DNA of 64,000 bases, from NCBI GenBank assembly GCA_051294375.1, contig CM119263.1, forward strand, positions 24,347,657 to 24,411,656. The letters run 5' to 3'. Below the pieces are notes generated by a model. That model was not told the origin of the DNA, did not search any database, and saw only the letters and a list, made by a program, of their open reading frames with translations. The stretch comes from Paraspadella gotoi (taxonomy: Eukaryota; Animalia; Chaetognatha). This document shows, one piece after another, positions 9,885 to 22,232 of this stretch (the stretch's first letter is position 1; each line of letters begins with the position of its first letter). The translations under genes and the position numbers were made by a program.

Positions 9885-10841
9885 CTTTTCACCACCGACC
9901 ATCTTTAAGATTTGCTCTTCCAGTCTTCGTAATAGTAATACTAAAATTAAAAAATTAATTATGAAATTATTATGAGATAAAAGTTATACGCATCAAAGTT
10001 TCTTTTCAGTGGAAAGGCTCACAAGTCTTAAAATTGGAATTTTGCCAAAGAAATTATAACTTTTTGTATTTTGCTTCGATACGTAGTTGTCTCTTGCCGT
10101 TGTGCCCATTTCTGTTATTTAAGTTATTTAATAATGTGACACTTTTTAAATACTCATGACGTATATTTTAGTTTTTATGGTGCAAATTTTGCAGTTTTTC
10201 TAGTGAAAATATGAAAAGCCTTTTCATATCGGCTTAACGAGTTCGTGCGATATATTTTTGGATTTAAGATATACCTGCATTGGGATTTTTATTAGTAGCA
10301 TCATACCCTAGATTTTTTTTGAAAATTAAGCATGTACAATGCGTAATGTACTCTGTTAATGCTTTATAAATTAAAAATTTTTAGATTGCTCCTTTCATTT
10401 TAGTTGTATGGTTGTCGGGATTTTGTTTTTCTTTTGCTCGTCAATTTTAAATTAAATACTAAGTAGTTAAATTACCTTTTGTTTTTTCTTTTTATTCCGC
10501 TCACTATCTTTATTTATCGTTTATCATTTATCATTAATAATCAATATTCAAAATATTATTATAATATTATCATATTGCCGTTTTGAAATATAGCCCTCAA
10601 CCTTTGTCGGTAAATATTTTTTTTATCCCAAAATCGGTAGAGGGGATTTTCGCCGAATCTTGCGTTCATGCTTTCTGAGCGCGTTCGTCAATCCGCGCGC
10701 CCTCGTCGCCCTCGTACGCGTCCAAATCACCTTTTCACGGGCGCCAAATGCGAGATGACGAAAATAGAACAAAAACGGCGCATCTGACCCCGGTGCTTTC
10801 ATCAATCTCCTTTTTATGTTGAGCCTCCCCTCCGTCTTCAT

Positions 10842-10939
<98 letters not shown>

Positions 10940-11221
10940 CTCTATCTTTTCCCCCCTCTCTCTCGCTTTATTCCCACTGCGTTCTATTTTCCATTCAATG
11001 TTTTACTCATCTCCTTTTGCTTTCGCGATTCGAGTGAGAAAACTATAAAAAAAAAGCGGTGGTGGGGCGTGTGAGAGTCAGATGGAGCAGAGTATGATGT
11101 AGACAACACTTGCTAGGGAAGGGCACGAGAGAAGAGGATAAAACATAAGAAAAAAAAATTGTGGCGACTTATGTGCCTGCGGTGGAAAAGAGGAAGGTTC
11201 ATGAAACGAAAATCTATTATG

Positions 11222-11647
11222 TAGGAAAAAAGTATATCACCTAACTGTTGAAAAGTTCATTTATTCATTAAAAAATATATAAAAAATAAGTTATCTCCAA
11301 TGTTACACCTCTTTCTTTCTTTTCTAAAAGCTGCAATGGCACCTTTATGAATCAAAAAGATGTGTACTGCCTTTGGCATTTCCAAATTAAAAAAAAAAAA
11401 AAACTAACTCAATTCGAATTAAAAACAAATAATTTAATACGAAAAATGGTAGAAAATTAAATATGATTTTTTTCGCCATTTTTTACTTGAGGTAGCGAAT
11501 TAGCGATCTTTTTTTGCCCGTAACTTTTAAACGATATGACCTACAAAAAAATTGAAGGAAGCTAGAAAAAAAATTTTAATTTTTTAAAAATTAAACAAGT
11601 TTTTAAGTAGATATCCTCCACTAAAAATGTGATATACTTTTTTCCTA
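11222..11647. mobile_element. MITE with 19-bp perfect terminal inverted repeats (outer TA probably the TSD)
   Basis: TAGGAAAAAAGTATATCAC (11222-11240) ... GTGATATACTTTTTTCCTA (11629-11647), with an AT-rich non-coding interior. Confidence 0.8.
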
Positions 11648-12177
11648 GATGGTAATTAGATGCTATCAGGTCTCCTGGTATCCTGCTATCCCGGTTTTTC
11701 TACTCAGTACATGTAGGCGCCAACAGCAAGAAAAAAAATATTTTTAATTAGCTCCATGTTGAAAATGTAGAATTTTTTTATTATAAAAAACGAAGAAGTT
11801 TCTTCTCTTCTTTTTCTGGCAGAGGGCGCAGCCAGTCGAACGTCGCTTCACTGAGTTTTTCCCAACGGCAACGCCTCTTATTCTCTCTTTTTTCGTCCAT
11901 CCACCGTTGTTTGTTGTTGTTTTGTTTTGCGACTCCATTACGGCCCCCTTCGCTTCGTAGACGACCTCTGTCGGCAGGGGTCGGTGTCCCGCAGATTGTC
12001 CCCCTCCCCCCCTCACTCTTGCTCGTTTTGTGCCTGAAAAAAGCAGATCGAAGCGAAATATTTATGGAGTGAAAAAAAAAATATTGGGAATTCGAGGATG
12101 ATATTTGATAGGGTTGAACGCTCTCTTTGTCTTCAATATTTTTATTATTTATAAATATTTAGTGTAATAACATATAC

Positions 12178-12368
12178 TTTTCATACAATTGAAACAAATT
12201 AGACTGTGAGAGAGTCTTGATTAAAAGCTTGCAGTGACCTGCTATGTCATTAACTTGTAAGAGTGATGGAGGCCTTAAACCATTAAAGCCAGTCCAAAAT
12301 CAGGGGCAAGATAGCTTATTTATTAAATGAATAGATGATTTTTATATTGGTTGTGCCAATTTCATAAA
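12178..12368 (-). mobile_element. Repeat family A copy (internally deleted)
   Basis: Reverse complement aligns by eye to 8033-8283 (GTGATGGAGGCCTTAAACC, GATAGCTTATTTATTAAATGA, TATATTGGTTGTGCCAATTTCATAAA). Confidence 0.82.
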
Positions 12369-13317
12369 AAGTCTGATTGTAAAAGCATTTTACGTCACTC
12401 TTCAGAAATAAGTACTTAAAACTAGCGTTTTTTTTTTAAATTTAAAATCGTTGCTTTTTTTAATTTTTTTAATTTTTTTTGGGGGGAGGGGTCCTTCAGT
12501 CTTAGCAACGGCCACGATATCAAAGTTTCCTGACATAATCTTAAGAGGTTTCTTACATTGCATTCCCTAAAAAAAGTTTCACAAATTGTCTTTATTAACA
12601 GAAAACGACGGCTTTTACATGAGTCAAGGAACATGTACAACGTTACTAGCCACTCTAAAAACCTTTAATTTGTTCATTTATGATGTAATCCTTCTTTCAT
12701 ACTCCGTCGTACTCAGGGGGATTATTATTCTTGTTGCCTTTGTTCTCCCGGTAACAACAGCGGCGTTGGAGGGCTCGCCCAGGATCGGACCGCTTCGCTT
12801 TTCTCGGCCTTGGACCTCTTCGTTGACCCGAGCGAGAGAATGAGGAGGAAAAAAGGAGACCAAGAGAGAAAGAGAGAGAGAGAGAAAAATGGTTAAAATG
12901 GTTAAAAAATCCAATGAAGTTGCATGTGCCGAGACTAGATTAGGCTAAGCTAGTCAGGGTTTAAGGCAAGGACGATTTGAATAGATTGCTTTGCTTCGGT
13001 GTTGGCCGTTGGCCGGTTGAGGGTAGAAGGAGACTTTCGATCCGCTCACTGGCCAATAGCCACTGCTAAGTTTGTAATCGATGGGAGAGAGGGGTTTTTC
13101 CAAGAAGAAAGTCCCAGTCCCCAGGATAGGGTTTGGGCGAGAAAGAGAATTGTTCCATCGCAGGGCGTGGGTGATGGTGGGGAAGAGGAGGAGGAGGCGT
13201 GCCGCGAAACGGAGGCACGCCGATGAAGGACGACGAATTAGCCAATCAGCGTCGCGGATTCTCTGCAGCGCGCCACCAATGGCGTGGTTGCTTATTCCAC
13301 GTGCTACCCGGTTTTGC

Positions 13318-13421
<104 letters not shown>

Positions 13422-13788
13422 TGGCGACTGGCTTCCCTCGTTCTTCGCTCAGGCATTCTGGCTCCGTCTGCGCCTTAGACTTCGTCGTTGACGTATTTCC
13501 TCCAAACTACGCCACTGCCGCGCCACCAACGCGCCATCGTTACACCCTCGTCCGGGAGGCGTCTGCTTTCAATGCCGATTTAACCATTCTGCGTCGCTCG
13601 GCCGCTCCGCCGCCTCACGCCCCCGCTCAAGAAGTTTATATTTTCATTATTCATACGCGTTGTTTTTTCTCTCTCTCTTTCTTTTCTTTTTTTTTTCCCC
13701 GCGATATTACGAAAGTTATCGGCAACGCGACACTTATCGGCGGGATTTGCTTTTACTTTTTTAGACTACTTTTCTTTTGTCTCTCTCT

Positions 13789-13841
<53 letters not shown>

Positions 13842-15120
13842 CCTCTCTCTCTCTCTTCTCTCTCTCTCTCTCCTCTCTTCTTCCTTCCTTCCTCTCTCTT
13901 CGGCTTTTCCTATGTACGTATCTTCGCCAGTTCAAACGTTTAACTCTTTTTTTATCAAATGTCCCTTCGTTTTCGCATTGGACGGCATGGACGCATCTCA
14001 CTCCAGCTTAGGATCTGAACTTAAAACGTTAGCTCAATGATGACCCAATCTCCTTTTATTTGTTTCCGTCTCGTGGAAAGAAATTTGATTTTTCGCCAAG
14101 TATTTTTCAACGTAAAGTCAACGTTTTTCTACAGTACGGCGTACTTTCGGTTTTAAACTTAATTTTTGTAATTTTACTCTTTTCTAATGAAGAAGAAAAA
14201 AAAAGAAATTCTTTTCCTAACTTCTATTATTGCGATTTCCTCATTTTAAAATAAGTAGTAAGGCAAATGACTAGATGATTAGCAATTTTGTGCTCTTTTA
14301 AAATACGATAAGGGCAACTGGCAATAATCATTTGAACAAGACCACATTCGGAGCAGTGCGACACGCAACTCAAAAAGTCGAAACCGAAAATTTTGGCGAA
14401 AACGAATGAACCCATCGTCATTTTTTCCTTCAATTATCAAGTACAAATGAAAAATGGTTTTCTTTTTTCTCATTAAATTTTTTTTTCTAAATCTGGTTCA
14501 TTCGTCTTTTCTTTCTTTTTATCTCATGCGTGTTTCTGTCTTTTCCAAAATTTTTCAATATTTTCGACAGATTCTCTTTGGCTTCATTAATTTCGTCTTT
14601 CGTCGCAACCAATTCTTTACTCCCCCCCCCCGACTCTTTTTAATTTTTTTCTTATTCTCTTTTTTCTTTTTATTTCTTTCTTTCCTTCCCTCGATCTATC
14701 GCAGACGCTTTTCCTCCGGCTAAGTCAACAAAGACCCGGATTTCTCCCGCGGCTAAATTGACCTTCGCGTCTACCCTACGATTGTTCACCTCCATCGCAT
14801 AAACGCAAGGCCGCGCAAATGAGATATGGCGCGCGAATCAGTGGCGTTTCCCTTTCAGACGGTGGCGCTGGCGGTCGTTTCGACGAAGCGCGGCACAAAT
14901 TTACGGGCCATCGTCGTCTTTGTTGTCTTTCGGCCTCAGGTTGTTTGGCGAATCTGACTCTCTCTTTATCGCGGATTTTTTTTCGCTTTATATTTTTGAT
15001 CATCGTGTTGTTTATGGTTTTGTTGATCCCGTTATGGCGTTGTTTATTCTCAGTTTATATCGCGCGTTTTTCGATCGAGCTAGACGACTGGGGAAACAAA
15101 ATGCCGATGATTCTTCCAGC

Positions 15121-15198
<78 letters not shown>

Positions 15199-16901
15199 GG
15201 ACCCGCACTCTCCCTCAGTTCCCGGCGCCGGCGGACCTGTTCCTTCCGGTCGGCAGGAAGATGAACGACGCTCCTTTCTCGCGCCTCCTTGGACCGGTAG
15301 ACCCTTTTAATCAAAGGATCATTATTTCTGCCTCCGTTTGCCCGAAAAAAAAAGGAGAAAACGCCACGTAGAAAACTCCGGTAGTTGTTGTCATTGTTGT
15401 CGTTGTTTTCTTTGGTCGTCGTTTTCGCCAGTGATCTTGCGCTCAAATTTGCTGCTTATTGATTAAATGACAAAACGTAATCTTGTGGAGTCGTGTGTGT
15501 GGTTCGTTTTCATTTGTTGTTGTTTTTTTTTTGCCTTTAAGATTATTAACTAGTACTTATTATTAACTAAAGTATCATTACATTCCCTTATCGTTTTCAT
15601 GCCATTATTTTAATCATCTCTTCCATCCGGCCAATCACTTTGACTCCCTCGATCTGACGCCAACGCCCATCAGCGCCTGATGAGGTGACCTCCCTTCAAC
15701 CCCACCTTCCCAATATCTCGTACTCCGCGCCTTTTTCGGTCGACCGATGCACCTGACGCTTTTGGGTTCGTCTGGAGCTCTTGTTTCATCGGGTTGGGGG
15801 TCAGAAGCTGAATGTCGGTTTGGAGGAGGGGTAGGAGAGTTGAAGCTTAAATAGGCAGGGAAAGGTTCTGTGCGTTATTCGAATTTTCGAAAATGGGTTT
15901 TAATTTTGAGCTTAGGAGTTTTTGCCTAAAAAAAAATATATATATATATTTAAGTTCTTTAGACTTACTCCATTTTTTTCCCGTCTAGTTGAATAACAAA
16001 CACACTCAATTTTTGTTGGGCGGATTATAAAGTTCCTTTTTTAAGGGCAGCTTCTTAGTTTGTCGCTAAAGTTAATCGGAGCTTAAAATCCCGCAGATTA
16101 AAAAAAAAAAGATTATAAATGTATTATTCGTCGTCACGACTCGCAGCGACGGAGGAAAAAAAAACGGAGGAAAAGGAAAACGTTTTTTGTTTGGCTTTTA
16201 TTTTTTTTGTTTATTTTTATCCCGCTAGGGCGAGTACGTCGGCGACTCGGAAGCTGATCGATTGCGTCTCAACCCCGTCAGATCTGATTGATCGTTTGGA
16301 AGATTGTGAAAGAATAATGTAGAGAGGGGAAAAGGGGGCGGGAAATGTCGGCGAAAAGAAAAAGGGGGGGGAATAAGTAAAGAATAAAAAAGATCCGGAG
16401 AGGAAGTTGACTGATAGATTATTTGATTTACTTTATTTTATAATATGTTTATATTATATTTATTATATATTCTCCTATGATATATAAATTAGTTAATATT
16501 TTAGATTAGACATCATGCCACTCTTGGCGATAATTGTATTCCATTTTCCCACTTTCGTTTCTGCCTAAATTGCGTTAGCTGATCATGTTAAAATTCAATA
16601 AAACGGCAGTATATTCAGCATAATATGAACCCTGTTTATTGGAGTTCCTTTCCCACGCTTTGAGGCTTTGATGCCTTTTTAAAAAACTCGTTGAATAATC
16701 GTCCAAGTCATGTGCGAACATCAAACGTCGTCTCTTGGCTTTTCTTGGCTTCTCTTGGCTCGAGTCGAGAGGCCAATGACAGACTGTCGACCCGAAGCAA
16801 ATGACAGACTGTCGACCCGCGACGAGGTCAACACACAGAAAAAAAAAAATCGACGTCCATGACTCCGCGCTTATGCAAACGAGATCATCCAAATGGCCGT
16901 T

Positions 16902-16980
<79 letters not shown>

Positions 16981-17420
16981 AACGCGAATTCGCAGATGGC
17001 ATTGGGCGCCACGCCCCTTCCGCGTTGTCCTCCCAATGCACAGAACAATTTCGTGTCCTTGGATTTAACAAGTATTTTTTTCAGACTTCCGTAGCGTAGC
17101 GACGTGTCCTGATCGGTTGAGAACATCCAGGTTTTAACGGCAAGGAGATTGGCCGAAACGAAAAAGCAAGGAATATTGAATGATTAAAAGAAGAGGGATT
17201 GAGTTAATAATGATAATAATTCATACAATAAATAGAAATTGAGAGAGAGAAGAAAAACCTAGTCTGTACTATGTAAAAGTTGATCGAGATTTAAAGAAAA
17301 ATATATTTTTTTAAAATTTCGGGTCCACGTCTTTCCCTTCTCACTTTCTCACTCCTCGAAAATATTTTTTTCTTTATTCGTTCGGGACCGTAATCGTCGT
17401 CGGACCCTTCGCCCTCATTT

Positions 17421-17463
<43 letters not shown>

Positions 17464-17548
17464 ATTCGTCGGCCCATCTCAATCATTAACGAGACGAACC
17501 GGGAGTCTCAACGCCTGAAAGTCTACGAGAATCGTTAGACGCGAGGGA

Positions 17549-17605
<57 letters not shown>

Positions 17606-18018
17606 ATGAATGTCTCCATCTGTCGGAATATCGAGGAATCTCTGGGGACCGATGAGACGAGGTGGTCCTGGAGATTGTCGCCGGTGAAGGCCTGTGGAAT
17701 GGTGGGAGGGGGTCGACCCGAGGGTCGATGGCATCGAAAAGTGATCAAGGGGGGAGGGAACGAAAGGGGGGGAGAAGCGATGATCTTGGATCGAACCTTT
17801 GATCATAAAAATGAAGAGAGATGCTAGTTTTTTCGTTCGCTTCTTTTTTTAGACTCGAGATGGAAAAAGATAATGAGAGAGAAAAGGAGTTGAATGCTGT
17901 TGCTAAAAAAGGAATATATATGAAGAAAAAAATTATTTAATGAAAAAGAAAATAACAAAATAAAAAGAGAAAGAAAAAATAAAATTAATAAAAGAAAGAA
18001 AAGAAAGAAAAGAAAGAA

Positions 18019-18074
<56 letters not shown>

Positions 18075-18500
18075 AGTGAACGAAAAAAGAAAAAGACCAA
18101 GGAAAAAAATAGAAACGCGAGAATAAATAGTATACAGAAGAAAATAAAGGACGCAAGCAAAAAGGGCCAAATATTGACGCTGAGAAAAGCGAGCGTCTCG
18201 GATGGAATCCCCGCGATCAGATTCCGGACCAGAGTTCCCAAAGTTTCCATCTCGAGCTTTGGCGCCACAATCCATCTTTTTTCGGGTCAGAGGCGCCCGG
18301 CTCGTCTCTTCTCTCGGCGTAAACATAAACATAAACGTAAACATAAACATAAACGTAAACAAACAATCTGATTTCGCTTCTTTTTCGATGACAAAAAAAT
18401 AACTATAGTAGTGTGATGCTTTGGTCATTGACCAATGATCAAGAACCTATGAGGCATGTTATAAAATGGTTATAAAAACCGTGATTACATTAATGTTTAT

Positions 18501-19112
18501 TAAGGCGTAGTGAAAGTTACATACGAAAATTCTAAATGTCAATTATGAACAACATACCATCAGTAAATATTAATATGTAAAAAAAATTAATTTTATGTGT
18601 TTTAATTTTCGCAGTAGGCTATATTTATATATAGTACTATCCTTATAAAATCAAAAATTTCAAAATATGCTTTTCTTAATTTTGATTGCAGATTTGAATT
18701 CCTCGTCAAAAGTTGATAAAAGAAAATATAAATCATTTTTAAAAATTCTTTCATTAAGTGGGTTAAAAATTTTAAAAACTACATTTAATATATAAAAAGT
18801 TAATTTTCAGCTTAAAATATAGCTTTTTCTAATTTTTGACCCACTTAATAAAGGAATTTTTCAAAAAGAGTTATATTTCTTTTTATCAACTTTTTATGAC
18901 GAATCCAAATCTGCAAAAAAAATTTTAGAAAAAACTGTTTTGAAATTTTAATATTTATTGGATTAGTACTAGTATAAATATGGCCTACTGCGTAAATTGT
19001 AAAATTTATTATAAATTTTTTTATTACATAAATGTTTATTAGTATAATGTTGTTCATTCCTCACTTTTAGAATTTTAATTAAAGTTAAATTTAGAAATTT
19101 TACTACGCCTTA
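18501..19112. mobile_element. Foldback MITE (~610 bp, arms ~300 bp, almost wholly palindromic); 8-bp TSD ATGTTTAT (hAT-like) or TTAA TSD (Kolobok-like)
   Basis: Termini TAAGGCGTAGT...ACTACGCCTTA. Internal mirror blocks (GCAGTAGGCTATATTTATA / TATAAATATGGCCTACTGC; ATTAAGTGGGT / ACCCACTTAAT). ATGTTTAT flanks both sides (18493-18500, 19113-19120). Confidence 0.88.
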
Positions 19113-19787
19113 ATGTTTATGTATATATATATGTCTATATATGTATATGTATTACATATAAAACGTCGGCCAGAAAATGGAATCATATAAGGCGATGCTT
19201 TCGAAAGGGTTTCATGTTTGTGCTGCCCTTATTTTAGAGAACAAAAGGAGATATTGAGAGAGAATTTCGACATTACGACTTGAGCGGAAAAAAGTTATGT
19301 GTGTGTGAGATTGGTGTAAGATAAGAGAGGGTGAGGAAGACAGAGAAAGAAAAAGAGGCAATTGCCGTTATATTTCTAATTTTCTACGAAGGAAAAAAGA
19401 AGCCTGTATAGTGTATAGTGTATAGTATAGTATAGTATAGTATTTTTGAGTCACCGCAATATCCAGAGCAACATAAATTCCTCGATGTTCATCCAGTTCT
19501 TCCAAAGATGATCGATATATTTATTTTATTTTTTGCTGTAAATCTTTAATAAATCATAAATAGTTGAACTTGATACTTTATTCATCTGAAGAAGGTTTGA
19601 CTTTGTCACTCTCGCTTCCCAAATCATTACGAATGCACATTTTTGTGAATCTATCTTATTATCTCTCTTTTCTCTTTTCATGTCTGTCTTGTAGCGGCTG
19701 CTGTGCTTCTCTCTTTGTCTCTCTCTGTCTCTCTCTGTTCTCTCTCTGTTTCTCTCTCTCTCTCTCTCTCTTCTTCTCTCTCCCTCC

Positions 19788-19842
<55 letters not shown>

Positions 19843-20570
19843 CTCTCTCGATTTTCCCCCAAAAAGGGATTTTCTTCGACATCGAAGATCAGGATCGATC
19901 GTTCGAAGTGACCCCTTGAGCGGGAAGGGGGGGGTGAAGGGGGGGTGAAGGGGGGGGAGGAGACGCTAGAATAAATCTGAGGGAGATGAAATTTTGGAAA
20001 ATAAAAAGGGGGAGGCGAAAGCACAAGGTAGGAGGGACAAACGTACTCGACGCTTATAAAATATTCCAATGGAACCTTTCAAAGGATCTCGTCGTGAAAC
20101 ACTTGTACAATATATATTTTGATGAAGCTCGACCTTGAGCTTGTACTTATTTTTGCGGAAGGTCGCGTTCGTGGTCAAACTGAGGATAGAAAGGCAGCGA
20201 TGAAGCGGAAGACACAGATGGGGGAAGATGGGAGATGGAAAATGGCAGGGAAAAAGGTAAAGGGGAAGGCGAAACCGGCCATGGAATTTCTTCGGGTCTC
20301 GATTTGACGATTTGGTTTCGTGACGACGCTCGTCTTCCGCGTGACCCGTGACACCGAGATTCGCTTCTCCGTTTCAGTTTCCGATCACTTATTCGTCGTT
20401 GTTGTTGTCGTTTCTGTCGTCGTTGTTGTCGGAAGAAAAAGCGGAGGAGAACGTCAGCTTTAATACAATCGGAGGAGAGGTCACATTATAATCAAATCAA
20501 TACAAAACCGAGAAAGGCTTCAGCGACAGTGAAATTAAGACAACAAATGTAAAAATTATACAATCATTCA

Positions 20571-20775
20571 ATAAATTAGTTATCTTGTCCAATGACTTTG
20601 GGTTTAGGCCTCCATCCCTCCAACATAGGAGGTACACCTGTAAGCTTTCACTCTTTCAAAGTCTAGTTAAATAACTCCCAGAGCTCCTGGCTTCCTTATC
20701 ACTGAAGTGGCATAATATATTTCATGAACTGCTTCATAATACAAGGAGCTGACTGTTATAAAATAGGTACAACCC
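20571..20775 (+). mobile_element. Repeat family A copy (diverged)
   Basis: TATCTTGTCC..GACTTTGG, TTTAGGCCTCCATC and CCTGGCTTCCTTATCACTGAAGTGG match 8085-8250. Confidence 0.7.
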
Positions 20776-22157
20776 GTTACGATCATGTGACTTGCCTTAT
20801 TAGTGATCAGCGCAACTCCTAACGTAACCAAGTAAATAGCAACATTGTCAAAGCTTTAAACGCATCGAGAAAACCGTAATGCAATCGAGGAACAAACGTC
20901 GAACGACGTCTGAGCTCCATTTTTCAATTTCGTTTTCGATTCTGAATTTCGTCTCGGATTCACGAAAATCAGTTTCTCCCACTCGTTTCATGCAAATCGC
21001 GGTTTCCGACTCGTTCCTTTCAAATCGGTTTCTCTCCCTTTTCCTTTTCACCCAAAAAGAGTCTCGCCCTTTCCTTTTCTTTTCCTTTTTCCAGAGCGCT
21101 GGTTAAGCCGTTTCTTTTTCGCGAAACAGAATTTTCCGTCTTCATTTTGTTGTTTCTCACAATCTTTATGACTTACGTATAGGATTCGTCCTCCTCTCGT
21201 CCTCTTTTCTCCGCTCCCAAATTGGTTTTGCCCTCACCGTTTATTTTCTCCCTCTTAAGGTACAAATCGATCTATTTTCAACCAAATTGCTTTACGACGA
21301 TTTTTTTCTCATTTTTTTGCTGACATTCAATTTCAACAAAATCGTTTTTTTTTTGTCCGCGCTCATTTCTTTAAAAAGGAGATGAAAAAAAAATTGAACT
21401 ATTATTAAAAAAAAACCTTTCTACTTATAATACATAATTGCTTGGTTGTTTCAAATGTTTAACCATTAGCAATATGTTGAATAAAAAATGTAAATATAAA
21501 ATATTCAACTTTGAAAAAAAAAATTCTTCAAGGCCCTCGCATTACATTTACTCTTTCCGCTCCACACCCTTCAATTGCTCTCGCACGCCTCATTCCGCTC
21601 ATTGAAATTTTTCACTTCTCCTTCATTTTTGTTCCACCCTTTCACTTGTATCACACTCGTTTTCTCACCCCAAGGTTTTAATGCTGACATTTTTTCGTTC
21701 AACATTATTCCTGGCAGATTTACCCTAACTACTATTCGTCTTAATAGTTTTAATCTCATATGTGCTTTCATCGTTTTCTTAATCGTTCCCGCTCCCTATT
21801 ACCACAGCCCCTACCGTCACATCCGCCACCACCATCACAACCCCCTCCACCCTTTTCTCACTTTAGCCCGTTTAGTCACGCGATTTCTCGATCGACGGCG
21901 CGATTCGGAGTCGCGACGGGGAAACGCGGTAAGCAGCTCCCCTGGCGGGCGAAAATGGAAAAAGAAATTATGCGAATAAAAACAAAAATCGTTGGGGGGA
22001 AGAAAAACAGATAATAAAAATGTCGGAAGAATTTTTGAGAAGCCGATAGATGGCGGAGACGTATTATGAGAGCGAGGGGGAGTTGGCGACGTGGCCGGGA
22101 AGGAAAAAATATTGGAAAAGTAATAAAAACAAGACGAACCAAGAAATCAATATGGTC

Positions 22158-22232
<75 letters not shown>

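Noticed and set aside
15675-15700. CTGATGAG followed by a small hairpin (hammerhead?)
   Set aside because: No GAAA or stem III downstream. Other CTGANGA hits (24830, 33027, 54779) also fail.
16775-16819. 20-bp direct repeat AATGACAGACTGTCGACCCG x2 (similar short duplications at 25188-25224 and 37975-38018)
   Set aside because: Simple local tandem duplications with no further structure.
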